From a bacterium (GTDB lineage: Bacteria > Zhuqueibacterota > Zhuqueibacteria > Residuimicrobiales > Krinioviventaceae), in contig OY843751.1 in assembly GCA_963693055.1 (NCBI GenBank), positions 4,768,001 to 4,832,000 of the forward strand: a DNA stretch of 64,000 nt, read 5' to 3'. Of this stretch, positions 1 through 9,975 are shown piece by piece (positions within the stretch are counted from its first letter, which is position 1; each line of letters begins with the position of its first letter). Below the pieces are notes generated by a model that saw only the letters and a program-made list of their open reading frames with translations, was not told where the DNA came from and ran no database searches. The position numbers and the translations under genes were made by a program.

Positions 1-588
1 GCCGGTAATCAATTGATCATTTTCAACTCTTATGGAAGAATAGAGCACTTGGCGGTTATACACACCATGTACAAGATCCAATAAAATCTTAGGAGAAACC
101 GGCTCCGGAAAGACGTATTTATGCATGCCCGAACGCTTGGCTGCAGTTAATGAAACCTCTATGTCATAATCCTGTAAATAGACCTGATAAAATCCGGGTT
201 TTGCAATTTCGCGATCATGCGAAAACCGCGAACGGTAGCTTTCATCGGGATTCGATTTCTGTCCCGCCTCCAATTTAGTTTCACCAATATAAGGCATTAA
301 AAGGATATCACCCAACCCTCCTTTACCGGTTCCGCTCAAATGGGTATGGCTGAATCCCATTATGGAACTATCAGAATAATGATATCCTGAACACCAGTCC
401 CATTCCTGGGTGCCGGTATCTGGACTCAGCTTCATCATACCAAAAGGTACAACCGCTCCGGGGAATGTATGTCCATGCGCACTTGTCCCAATCATGGGAT
501 CGACATAATCACAATAATTATTACTTTTAGGTGCTGCCCATAGCAAATGAGTTACGTACAATATGCAGCACAAAAGTTTATATTTCAC
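1..588 (-). CDS. GH92 alpha-1,2-mannosidase-family glycoside hydrolase, N-terminal part (runs off the window edge; absent from the ORF track)
   Basis: Manual translation from GTG at 588 gives VKYKLLCCILYVTHLLWAAP...YVDPMIGTSAHGHTFPGAVVPFGMMKLSPDT...WCSGYHYSDSSIMGFSHTHLSGTG..GLGDILLMP, the typical GH92 N-terminus. The frame is open to base 1 and a purine-rich RBS lies upstream. Confidence 0.9.
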   Translation of the reverse strand, partial: MKYKLLCCILYVTHLLWAAPKSNNYCDYVDPMIGTSAHGHTFPGAVVPFGMMKLSPDTGTQEWDWCSGYHYSDSSIMGFSHTHLSGTGKGGLGDILLMPYIGETKLEAGQKSNPDESYRSRFSHDREIAKPGFYQVYLQDYDIEVSLTAAKRSGMHKYVFPEPVSPKILLDLVHGVYNRQVLYSSIRVENDQLITG

Positions 589-2338
589 GAGTGGGTCCTT
601 CCTTTTTCAGTTCTTTTTTGATTGCTTTACCCAGGGTTTCAATTAAATACGGCTTACGAATATAGGCCCCCGCTCCCAATTGCTGGGCTTTGATCACTCG
701 TTCAGTTTCTGCGTAACCGCTGGTGATGATTGCTTTTTGATCGGGATTAACTTGCAGCAACTGCTCATAGGTTTCCAATCCGTCAATGCCAGGCTCCATT
801 ATCATATCCAGCACAAACAAATCAATTGCATGTTCTTTTAAATACGCTACTGCCTCTTCTCCACTTGGCACGCTCACTACCCTGTAATTCAACTTTTGAA
901 GAATTGTAGATGCTATCTCGCGTTGTTTTTCAAGATCGTCAACAACCATAATCAATTCACCATTCCCCATAATCTTGGCCAGCTTGTTTTCAGGTGTATC
1001 CGGTTGATTTTCAAAATGGGTAGCCGGAAAAAACATGTCAAAAGCCGTTTCTTTATTCCCCAGATTAGAAGCATCAATATAACCGGCATGATCTTTAACA
1101 ACGCCCCATACAACAGCCATCCCAAGCCCTGAACCTCCCAGACCCATAACTTTTTTTGTATAAAAAGGTTCAAATATTCTCTTTAAATTCTCATCACTGA
1201 GCTCCAGGTTATCACTTTTCACCCGTATTACAACATAATCGCCCTCGGGGATACGTTCATACCCAATAAATGCATGATCAACATGTTTATTTACGGTTGT
1301 AATTGTGACCGTGCCCCCATTGCCCATACACTCGTACATAAAAGTGAGCAAATTTCCTATTACTTTATTCACATGTGAGGGAGAACATTTTACAGATAAT
1401 ATTTTATTTACCAGCCTATTGTTCAAATTTATATTTGAATAATACATTTCAAGCTTTTCATGTTCCAGAGAATTTAAATACTCTTCAATAATGGTATTCA
1501 AATTAAACACAGCTGGCATAACCAATCCACGCCGAGCAAGCATCAACAAGTCCTGTACAATTGAAGCTGCTTTTAAACCAGCCTCTTGAATACTCATAAT
1601 AGGTCTTTTGAGATTACTATCTTCTGGTAGTTCCATCAAAACCAGATCCGGATAGCTTACAATGCCCGTTAAAATATTGTTCAGATCGTGCGCTACACCT
1701 CCAGCCAGGGTGCCAATAGCTTCCATCTTTTCGGAACGTGCAAGTTTTTCTTTTAACGCATCTCGCTCCTGCTCTGCCCTGTAAATGTCAGAAGTATCCA
1801 AAGCGAACCCAATAATCCCAACTACATTACCATCCATATCTTTATAGGGCACTTTACTTACAAGCAAGTGTCTTTCACCTCGTGATGTTTTCACAAAAAC
1901 AGTCTGGTTCAACACGGGAATTTTCTTTTCAAAAACAATTTTATCACTCGCAAAAAAAGAATCTGCATCAGAGGGGAACATATCTGCATGGGTCTTGCCG
2001 ATATAATCCTGCACTACTCCACCAAAAGTTTCTGCAAAGCCCTTGTTTAATCTAATGTATTTTTCGTTTACGTCTTTGTAGAATATCATCCCCGGAGAAG
2101 CGTCAACCATGATTTCCAGTTGTTCATTCTTCATTTTGAGAACATTTTGCAGCTGTGCAAGTTGTTCAGTCCGCTCTTCAACATTTTTTTCCATATTGGA
2201 ATAAAGATCAAAATATTTAGATAATGAGGCTTCATTTTCTTTTCGCGTTAATTCCAGGTCATTGGTCAAATGCTTAACTCGGGTTTCAAGCATTTTGATT
2301 TTGGTTTCCAATTCCTCAATATGTTTTGAATCAGACAT
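578..2338 (-). CDS. Cytoplasmic hybrid sensor histidine kinase (coiled coil-PAS-HisKA-HATPase-REC) with degenerate ATP-binding boxes
   Basis: PAS (IFYKD...YIRLN), H-box EKMEAIGTLAGGVAHDLNNIL, F/G2 box IFEPFYTKK..GSGLGM, receiver VVDD...LDMIMEPG...KP. Confidence 0.9.
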   Translation of the reverse strand: MSDSKHIEELETKIKMLETRVKHLTNDLELTRKENEASLSKYFDLYSNMEKNVEERTEQLAQLQNVLKMKNEQLEIMVDASPGMIFYKDVNEKYIRLNKGFAETFGGVVQDYIGKTHADMFPSDADSFFASDKIVFEKKIPVLNQTVFVKTSRGERHLLVSKVPYKDMDGNVVGIIGFALDTSDIYRAEQERDALKEKLARSEKMEAIGTLAGGVAHDLNNILTGIVSYPDLVLMELPEDSNLKRPIMSIQEAGLKAASIVQDLLMLARRGLVMPAVFNLNTIIEEYLNSLEHEKLEMYYSNINLNNRLVNKILSVKCSPSHVNKVIGNLLTFMYECMGNGGTVTITTVNKHVDHAFIGYERIPEGDYVVIRVKSDNLELSDENLKRIFEPFYTKKVMGLGGSGLGMAVVWGVVKDHAGYIDASNLGNKETAFDMFFPATHFENQPDTPENKLAKIMGNGELIMVVDDLEKQREIASTILQKLNYRVVSVPSGEEAVAYLKEHAIDLFVLDMIMEPGIDGLETYEQLLQVNPDQKAIITSGYAETERVIKAQQLGAGAYIRKPYLIETLGKAIKKELKKEGPTREI

Positions 2339-3219
2339 TAAAATACTCCCTGTATTTCCATTGCACGCAGTTCTTTTTTCATATCGCTGATGATATAATC
2401 AAATGCATAAGGCCCAATATTCATAGCCTTGCTGCATTGACGAAACAAATCATCATCAACTTTGGGGGCGTCACAATATCCTACCCGATTGTCCTGCCCT
2501 AAATAATCCGCTAAATATAATGTGTAAACCATTCGCTGCATATATGCCTGTTGCAAAAGCAATGGCTGATGATGGAATCCTATCGCGGCGACAAGCTCTT
2601 CCGGTAGCTGCCAGTTCCGGGTTATGGCCATACCCACTTCAGCATGGTTAATTCCCAAAATCTCATTTTCAACTTTGATAAGATTTATCTTTTCCTGTTC
2701 TGACTTGATCAAGCATTTTTGAAAATCGTTTTGCAAAAACTGATCAATGGCAATAATTCCAATATTTCTCAGTAATCCTGCCGCGTAAACATCGTCACCT
2801 TTTTCTCCAAACTCTCTTCTGTAAATCATTTTACCGAGGATTGCTACACCAACGCTGTTTTTCCACAATTTGTAACGGGAATATCCTTTTATGGACTCAT
2901 CCTTGTCAAATATCTCGCATACTTTTTGGTTCAATGCAAGTTCTTTCACGGCATCGTAACCCACCCATATTACAGCATGTTCTACATCACTAATTTTAGT
3001 GCGTCTGGCATAATGTGCCGAGTTTGCAAGTTTGAGTACTTTGGCAGTCAGGGGCGGATCGATCTGTATAATTTCTTTAAGTTCTTTGGCTGTAGATGCT
3101 GAATCACTGATCGTTTTAATAATGTTTGAAACAACACTCTTGATTGATGAAATATCTGATTCATTGACCAGATTTACAATCTCGTTCAGTTTTTCCTGCT
3201 TGACTTCTGATACTTCCAT
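2338..3219 (-). CDS. HDOD domain protein
   Basis: IIQIDPPLTAKVLKLANSAHY, AAGLLRNIG, GINHAEVG...WQLPEELVAAIGFHH; its stop overlaps the kinase start (TAATG). Confidence 0.9.
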   Translation of the reverse strand: MEVSEVKQEKLNEIVNLVNESDISSIKSVVSNIIKTISDSASTAKELKEIIQIDPPLTAKVLKLANSAHYARRTKISDVEHAVIWVGYDAVKELALNQKVCEIFDKDESIKGYSRYKLWKNSVGVAILGKMIYRREFGEKGDDVYAAGLLRNIGIIAIDQFLQNDFQKCLIKSEQEKINLIKVENEILGINHAEVGMAITRNWQLPEELVAAIGFHHQPLLLQQAYMQRMVYTLYLADYLGQDNRVGYCDAPKVDDDLFRQCSKAMNIGPYAFDYIISDMKKELRAMEIQGVF

Positions 3220-3247
3220 ATAATATAACCTGCCTGCTTGTAATATT

Positions 3248-4618
3248 TTAACGTTTCATCAATTTGTTAATCAATTCCTTGTTCTCATTTTTAACTTTGA
3301 TTTCAACTAAAAATCGGTCTGCCTCTTTAATGAGCGCTTGAACAAGCTCGGGTTTTTCATTATAGAGATCATATTTTTCGGATGGATCGATCAACAAATC
3401 ATACAACTCGTAAGGGTCACATTCCTGCCATGAATAATCGCCCGGACTTTTTCGAAAATGAAGCTTGTATCGTCCTATTCTAATAGCATTCAATTGATCA
3501 TTATAATAGTAATAAATTTTCTCTGTTTTGGATTTCTCATTACCCGCTAATACTCCCATCATGTCATGTCCATCAACAATCCTGTCGGTTGGTACTTGAA
3601 TATCTGCCAGTTTACAACAGGTTGCAAACAGGTCCATGGTTGTACCCATTTCAGTCGTTACTTTGCCTTTAGGTATAAGTGGTGGATATTTGGCAATAAA
3701 GGGAACCCGCATACCTCCCTCCCAGGTGGTTGCTTTATATCCCCGCAGTAGCCCTGAACTACCACCATTTTGCTTCTGAATCATCCAGGGGCCGTTATCG
3801 CTGGTAAAAACAACAAATGTATTGTCTTCTAGTCCGTTACGTTTCAACGCATCCATTACCTGCCCAACACTCCAGTCAATCTCCTCAATTACATCACCAT
3901 ATAATCCGCGTTTTGAAGTATCTTTAAAATAATCTGATACATGCAGTGGTATGTGCGGCATTGAATGCGCCAGATATAAAAAGAAAGGCTTTTCTTTCGC
4001 TCTCTCCATAAATTCTATAGATTCTCTGGTGTAACTCTTTGTCAACAGGTCCTGATTGGCTGGTTGTTCTATAATTTCTTCATTGCGCATAATGGGTATG
4101 GGGGGATCTCCACGCCGCTCAGAATTCATATCATTACTGTATGGAATACCATAATAATAATCAAATCCCCGGCTGGTGGGCAGATATTCTTTATGGTGAC
4201 CCAAATGCCACTTGCCAACACATGCAGTAGCATACCCTTTTTGTTTCAACAGATCTGCCAGGGTAATTTCTGATTGAGGCAAGCCAATATCATGATACGG
4301 AAAGAACACTTTGACCACACCCGTCCGAATGGGCCACCTTCCAGTTAACAGGGCCGCGCGTGAAGGAGAGCAAACAGGATTAGCAGTATAAAACTGGGTC
4401 ATTATTACCCCTTCATCTGCCATCTGGTCAAGATTTGGGGTTCTGATTGTGGGGTGCCCTGTACGTGTTGTATCGCCATACCCCATATCATCTACAAAAA
4501 TGACAACAATATTGGGTAATTTGTTTTTATTTTCCATACATCCTGTGGTAAACTGGCCCAAACATAAAGCACCCATGCCCACAGAAATATTTTTTAAAAA
4601 CTGACGGCGATTTTCCAT
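3248..4618 (-). CDS. Cys-type sulfatase (arylsulfatase A-like), probable Tat-exported lipoprotein
   Basis: NRRQFLK Tat motif, PNIVVIFVDDMGYGD, CSPSRAALLTGR, GKWHLG, FTSDNG. Confidence 0.93.
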   Translation of the reverse strand: MENRRQFLKNISVGMGALCLGQFTTGCMENKNKLPNIVVIFVDDMGYGDTTRTGHPTIRTPNLDQMADEGVIMTQFYTANPVCSPSRAALLTGRWPIRTGVVKVFFPYHDIGLPQSEITLADLLKQKGYATACVGKWHLGHHKEYLPTSRGFDYYYGIPYSNDMNSERRGDPPIPIMRNEEIIEQPANQDLLTKSYTRESIEFMERAKEKPFFLYLAHSMPHIPLHVSDYFKDTSKRGLYGDVIEEIDWSVGQVMDALKRNGLEDNTFVVFTSDNGPWMIQKQNGGSSGLLRGYKATTWEGGMRVPFIAKYPPLIPKGKVTTEMGTTMDLFATCCKLADIQVPTDRIVDGHDMMGVLAGNEKSKTEKIYYYYNDQLNAIRIGRYKLHFRKSPGDYSWQECDPYELYDLLIDPSEKYDLYNEKPELVQALIKEADRFLVEIKVKNENKELINKLMKR

Positions 4619-4670
4619 AAAATCCTCAATAATTTCATTTAATCAGCATGCAATAACAATTCCAGAAACT

Positions 4671-5897
4671 CTATTGCAACAAAACCTGATCCATATGAAC
4701 TGCTTTAATATGATATAATCGACGTAACAGTTCAATACAGGCCCTGCCATTATTAAAAGGACCTTTCCAGGGTGAGACTTTGGGAGATGTTTGTATAGGT
4801 TCAAGACCACGGGTAACTTTCCAATGCCACTCTTTGTTTACCGTATCTATTAAATTTTTTTCAATAAATATCCAGCTGTTTACAGAAGCTTCATAATAAC
4901 GTTTATCCTGTGAGATCATGAATGCATTTAAAAAACCAACGGCAGCCTCTGCCTGGGGCCACCAGTGTTTATCAAAATCCGTAATCTCTTTTTGAGTTGC
5001 CTGATAAAACAATCCATAATCTAAATCTGTACCTTCTTCCAATGTAGTATCAGCAATATTTAAAGCAAGCTGTTCAACCTGCGCAATCACATCTTTATTT
5101 CCCAGAACCTGAGCAGCTTCGCACAAAATCCAGGAACTTTCCATATCCAAACCAAATGATATTTGATTCGATGTTTCATTCCAACTTTTATTAAAATATA
5201 ACCTAAAATGCATGGATTCAGAATTGATGATTTTTTCTAAAAAAAGCTCTATTAACTCTTTTAATCTGTAAAACAAATTACCGTCTTTCCATATTCTACA
5301 CAAACTGGTAAATGCTCCAAGAATATATAAATGTGTCAACAATGAACGGTTCGCCAGTTTGCTATTTTCTCCAGATCTGGAAGCATTTAAAGGCGTCCAG
5401 TCTCTCTTAAATGCTTCACAATACCCTAAATTTTCATCATCATGGCTTTTTTCTTCAATTAAATCAAAAAGATTGGTAGCATATTGTAAAACATTCATAT
5501 CCTGAGTTACTTTATAGTGTTCAACCAGAGCAGAAATTAAAAAAGCCTGACCATATATTTCTTTTTGTGTATCTATGACTTTACCCTCGGCATTCAGCTG
5601 CCAATAAGCGCCACCATATTTTACATCAAGAAAATGTTCAACAATATAATCAAAAGATTTTTGTGCAAACGGCAGGTAAATATCACGTTTTTCATATAGA
5701 CAAATACTGGAAAAAACCCATAGTAATTGAGCGTTTAATACTAAAGACTTGGGTGCCTGAGGAATAGGGAATCCATCATATGTGACTTTGCCTACAAATC
5801 CACCATTTTGAGTATCTAGTGCTGTTGTCCTCCAAAATGGTAAAATATTCTCAAACAAGTTATTGTAAACCCGATGTGAGAATTCTTTAATTTCCAT
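4671..5897 (-). CDS. AGE family / cellobiose 2-epimerase-like protein with substituted catalytic residues
   Basis: NILPFW...D.QNGGF.G, K.IYGQAF, DKHWWPQAEA.VGFLNA, EWHW, W-KGPFNNGRAC. Confidence 0.85.
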   Translation of the reverse strand: MEIKEFSHRVYNNLFENILPFWRTTALDTQNGGFVGKVTYDGFPIPQAPKSLVLNAQLLWVFSSICLYEKRDIYLPFAQKSFDYIVEHFLDVKYGGAYWQLNAEGKVIDTQKEIYGQAFLISALVEHYKVTQDMNVLQYATNLFDLIEEKSHDDENLGYCEAFKRDWTPLNASRSGENSKLANRSLLTHLYILGAFTSLCRIWKDGNLFYRLKELIELFLEKIINSESMHFRLYFNKSWNETSNQISFGLDMESSWILCEAAQVLGNKDVIAQVEQLALNIADTTLEEGTDLDYGLFYQATQKEITDFDKHWWPQAEAAVGFLNAFMISQDKRYYEASVNSWIFIEKNLIDTVNKEWHWKVTRGLEPIQTSPKVSPWKGPFNNGRACIELLRRLYHIKAVHMDQVLLQ

Positions 5898-7689
5898 ATT
5901 CTACTTCCACTCGTGAAAAATCAGTTGTTCCTCTGCATTGAATTTTAAGAAACCTTGAATATACCGGAAACCTGTCAGCCTCATACAATACGGCTGCCGG
6001 TTGTACATTTCGAAAACCCGGAAAATTAAAATCTGACCTTTTTAATTGCAAAGGTATATATTGTTTTCCGTTTTGAGAAACCCAAAAATGTGGATCAAAA
6101 ACCGTATCCGGAAAACAGGTCAACAAGCTTATTGCTTTCATCTGACCGGGTAAATGGTATTCAAGGACCGTTCCTGAATCTGCCCTCAAACAATTTTCAT
6201 CAGGCAGTCCTGTATCACATTGCCTCGATAGCAGATCAAAGGATCCATCTTTAATTATTACATTATCATTTGTATTAAAATGATCAATAAATGTATAAAA
6301 ATCAACCTTTTTCGACAAAACAGGCGCAGATGGGGCAGAGCCTCCGGCTTGATTTACGGCAATTACCCGATAATAATAATGGTTACCGGTCCTAACGGTT
6401 GTATCGTGATAAAGTGGATCAAAATAATTTCCTGTATCCACAACCCTGGCAACTGGGTGCCATCTACCCGTCAATCCATGTGCGCGTTCCAGAACATAAT
6501 ATTCTGCACCCACTGATCCCCGCCAGTTAATAGCAGATACATTTGTTACCGGTAACATTTGGGGAATTCCGGGAGCCCTGAGGTTTTGCTCTTCTTTATC
6601 ATTTATTTGACAGTTGTAATTTATTATCATTCCAGGGATTGTACTTTTTAGATTCTCTTGCACTCTGGTCCCGGTCCAGCAAAATGATCCATTATAAGCA
6701 GACTCTGAACAACAAAAGTGATAGTATCCACCATCTCTGCTGTGAAAATTTAAATTTGAAACAAAAGCACCGCTCGCGTTCATCTCAATAGCCTGCTCAA
6801 GCAATGGCAAACAAGCAGCATTATGACTCTGACATATCAAATACCATGGTTTAATAAAATCTGTGCTATCCATTATAGATTTTATGTCAACTAGATTATT
6901 AACAATCGAATCACAATCCATATTTAGGGTCAAGATATCAATATTTGGCTCAGAAAAAATTGCAGAATGTTTGTCAAAATCAAATAAACCCAAAGCCAGT
7001 AGATGATTGGAATCCATCTTTTTAATAAATCCTGACATTAACCGGGTCCACTCATCAGGAGCGTCAATGTCAGAACAAAGCTCCCATGCTAAAATGGCTT
7101 TATCTTTATTATATTGTTTACCGGTATAAATATTTTTCCTGCTCAGTAAATAGCGAATGGTTTCCTGAAAATCATGAACAACCAGGGGATCACTCCAAAA
7201 AGCATCCACCGGCTTTTCCCGGAATGCTGTATAATCAGCAATCTCGCCCCAACGACGATCATTTCCTGTCAAAGGTATTACAAGATGAATTCCCATCATA
7301 TTAGCATAAAACAATATTTTGTCCAAAGCCTGAAAAGCAGTTTCGTTAAATACACCGGGAGATTCAACATGCACAGGTCGATCTGGCGGATCATCAAGTG
7401 TTCTTACGGTCAGCGGATTCATTCTGACAACATCAATACCCATTTGTTTTACAGTATTCAATGCGTCAAGGATCTCAAAATCAACCGGGAACCGCCATGG
7501 CAACTCTGCACCATAACGATAATTGTTATCAATATAATGCAAATTCGGTATTGTAAATGATACAAAACGGATTTCTTTATCACCCGAGAATAATCTGCCA
7601 CTATCTGCACTTGTGAATGAGTGAAACAAGGTATCCGCAAACAAGATCGAAGGTATGATTAAGAATAAAAAACCGCATTTTATCTTCAT
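5887..7689 (-). CDS. Secreted GH5 (mannanase-like) fold protein with FN3 domain; catalytic glutamates not evident
   Basis: Signal peptide; RFVSFTIPNLH, PGVFNETAFQALD, RKNIYTGKQY.KDKAILAWEL; FN3-like WRGSVGA.YY.LER...YYYRVIAVNQAGGSAPS. Confidence 0.75.
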   Translation of the reverse strand: MKIKCGFLFLIIPSILFADTLFHSFTSADSGRLFSGDKEIRFVSFTIPNLHYIDNNYRYGAELPWRFPVDFEILDALNTVKQMGIDVVRMNPLTVRTLDDPPDRPVHVESPGVFNETAFQALDKILFYANMMGIHLVIPLTGNDRRWGEIADYTAFREKPVDAFWSDPLVVHDFQETIRYLLSRKNIYTGKQYNKDKAILAWELCSDIDAPDEWTRLMSGFIKKMDSNHLLALGLFDFDKHSAIFSEPNIDILTLNMDCDSIVNNLVDIKSIMDSTDFIKPWYLICQSHNAACLPLLEQAIEMNASGAFVSNLNFHSRDGGYYHFCCSESAYNGSFCWTGTRVQENLKSTIPGMIINYNCQINDKEEQNLRAPGIPQMLPVTNVSAINWRGSVGAEYYVLERAHGLTGRWHPVARVVDTGNYFDPLYHDTTVRTGNHYYYRVIAVNQAGGSAPSAPVLSKKVDFYTFIDHFNTNDNVIIKDGSFDLLSRQCDTGLPDENCLRADSGTVLEYHLPGQMKAISLLTCFPDTVFDPHFWVSQNGKQYIPLQLKRSDFNFPGFRNVQPAAVLYEADRFPVYSRFLKIQCRGTTDFSRVEVEYGN

Positions 7690-7957
7690 GGGACTCTCTA
7701 AGAATAGGAAACTATTGTATACCTATTTTCTATTGTACAAATTTTAACTATTGTATAAAGACAGAGTATGCTCTCAAAAATCCATGCGGGAAATGAAAAA
7801 ACAATCAAACAAATCTTGTAAAAGGTAAAATACATTACAATTTTACTCAAGGTACGAAACATGCAAATATAATTCAAGAATTTATACAAATATTATCTAA
7901 AAGTTGAGTTGTATCACTTTACAACTCGAAAAAAAACTGTATTTTCAAAAAAAACAA

Positions 7958-7986
7958 TTGACTAACATAATAATTTTTAATAAGTT
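7958..7986 (+). promoter_or_regulatory. Putative sigma70 promoter
   Basis: TTGACT-17 nt-TAAGTT, ending about 65 nt upstream of the likely ATG at 8051; the same -10 variant recurs at 26117. Confidence 0.45.
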
Positions 7987-8038
7987 GAAAATTATGGGGT
8001 CAAAACTCTAAAAAACATTAACATACAACAAAATCAAG

Positions 8039-9943
8039 ATGGAGGGTATAATGAAACGTGTACTGTTATTGTTACTATTCTTAATTCCATTACAAATCTT
8101 TGCGGTCTCAAACCTAAAGCTGAATGGTTCAGCTTCCACCACAATCACCTCTTTTCCCGCAGATATTGTAATGACTTGCGATCTTGCTTCTAATGGAAAT
8201 TCCGCTCAGGTTGAAGTATACATGGATTTAGAAGGTAACGGGGTATTGAGTGCTACTGATCAAATTATTGATTACTCGGTAATTACTGATGGAATTGGTT
8301 GGATTACATACCCCCCAGATCGTGACGAAGACATCATTGGTGACGAAACCGGTGTAAATGGCAAAATTCAATCTACACTGTCACTGTCTAATGATCTCGA
8401 CATTCTCACAGCAGGACAGTTTATCATCAAAGTTACTGACGCAAATGGTTCTACAGCACAGGCAATTTTAACGGTTAATATCCAACCTAAGCCACCATAC
8501 ATTTCAGGTACCGTTACTGATAAAAACAACGGAACACCTGTTGCATTAGCAATTGTATGGGCAGAAAGTCAATCAGAAGAGTACCCCGATGGCGCAGGCA
8601 TTACCGATGTAAATGGCAACTATTTTATCAACCTTGAACCGGGAACATACAAAGTTGGCGCAACCAGCTTGCTTTCAAGCACCCATCAACCATCAGACTC
8701 TGTCGATGTAACGCTTGGTGCAACAGAAACAAAAACCGTAAACCTTCAGATGCCGCCATATGCGTCTTTTGTTGAAGGATATGTTAAAACAGAAGCCGAC
8801 GTGGGTGTGCCTGACATTATGTTGCTGGTTTACGGAACAGGATTAAACGCTCTTTTTGGTAACTTTACTTATACTGATGCCAATGGTTACTATAAAATTG
8901 GCGTAATGCCAGGTGAAGTTGCAATAGGAGCACCTACATTTTTACAGGAAAACATTTCATCCGATTATTACATTGAACCCTCTGCGGATACACTGAACGT
9001 TAATGAGGGCCAAACAGCAACAAGAAACTTTACAGCCAAAATGTATACCACCTTTATTACCGGTAAATGTACAGTTAACGGCGAACCTTTGGCCGGAGTT
9101 TCCATAGACGCAACTTCAATAAACATGCAAACCTTTGAATTCAATGTTTTCTCAGCAACTACGGGTGCAGATGGTACTTATAAAATGGGTGTAAAGCCGG
9201 GCAACATCCAGGCGCTCATGGCAAGCAAAGACGGATTCACCATGACTGATCCTGCTGAAGGATATTTTAGTCTAAATGTCAGCGAAGGTCAAACCCTGGA
9301 GAATAAAGATTTTGGTTTTACAGCAGAATCTGATGTAAATGCTATTTCCGGCCAGGTAACATTTGAAAACGGTTCCCCGGCTGAAAATGTGTATGTAGTT
9401 GCAATTGATGATTTTGATGAATCCGCAACCAGTTACAGAATTATTTACACAGATGCAAACGGTAACTATAATTTTACAGGTCTTGAAGACGGCTACTGGA
9501 AAGTTGGCGTTTATAAAGACGGTTATTACACAGACCCCTATATGCGTTTTTATGACATATGGTATTCCGGTGAATTGACCGGTGCTGACTTTGTATTGAA
9601 AGAGGGCCGCCCTACAGGTATTGGTGATCTGGCAGATTCCGCTTCTCCGGAAGCTTTTCAACTGTCACAAAACTATCCCAATCCATTCAACATGAGAAGC
9701 GGAGCAACGGCAACACAAATCCATTTTTCTCTCAATACCCACAAAGATGTAGATATTTCAATTTTCAACATCAATGGACAGCTAGTCCATAAAGCACATT
9801 TGGGCCAAATGACATCAGGTATACACAGTTTTCAATGGGACGGACGAGACATGTCTGGCTCTGTTGTACCTTCTGGCACCTATTTCTACCGCTTTAAAGC
9901 AGGAGATCAGGTGCTCACCAAACAAATGATGATCATCAAATAA
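8039..9943 (+). CDS. Secreted protein with repeated carboxypeptidase-regulatory-like (prealbumin fold) domains and a FlgD-Ig/Por-secretion C-terminal tail (start probably 8051)
   Basis: Signal peptide MKRVLLLLLFLIPLQIFA; repeats ISGTV...TD.NG.Y....PG; tail LSQNYPNPFN...WDGRD.SG..VPSGTYFYR. Confidence 0.8.
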   Translation: MEGIMKRVLLLLLFLIPLQIFAVSNLKLNGSASTTITSFPADIVMTCDLASNGNSAQVEVYMDLEGNGVLSATDQIIDYSVITDGIGWITYPPDRDEDIIGDETGVNGKIQSTLSLSNDLDILTAGQFIIKVTDANGSTAQAILTVNIQPKPPYISGTVTDKNNGTPVALAIVWAESQSEEYPDGAGITDVNGNYFINLEPGTYKVGATSLLSSTHQPSDSVDVTLGATETKTVNLQMPPYASFVEGYVKTEADVGVPDIMLLVYGTGLNALFGNFTYTDANGYYKIGVMPGEVAIGAPTFLQENISSDYYIEPSADTLNVNEGQTATRNFTAKMYTTFITGKCTVNGEPLAGVSIDATSINMQTFEFNVFSATTGADGTYKMGVKPGNIQALMASKDGFTMTDPAEGYFSLNVSEGQTLENKDFGFTAESDVNAISGQVTFENGSPAENVYVVAIDDFDESATSYRIIYTDANGNYNFTGLEDGYWKVGVYKDGYYTDPYMRFYDIWYSGELTGADFVLKEGRPTGIGDLADSASPEAFQLSQNYPNPFNMRSGATATQIHFSLNTHKDVDISIFNINGQLVHKAHLGQMTSGIHSFQWDGRDMSGSVVPSGTYFYRFKAGDQVLTKQMMIIK

Positions 9944-9950
9944 ACTCACA

Positions 9951-9975
9951 AGGCCGCGCAAATTCTGCGCGGCCT
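9951..9975 (+). terminator. Hairpin, probable terminator
   Basis: AGGCCGCGCA-aattc-TGCGCGGCCT just after the stop codon. Confidence 0.7.

Noticed and set aside
7698-7889. 63-aa ORF in the divergent promoter region
   Set aside because: AT-rich, no RBS or recognisable motif; probably spurious.
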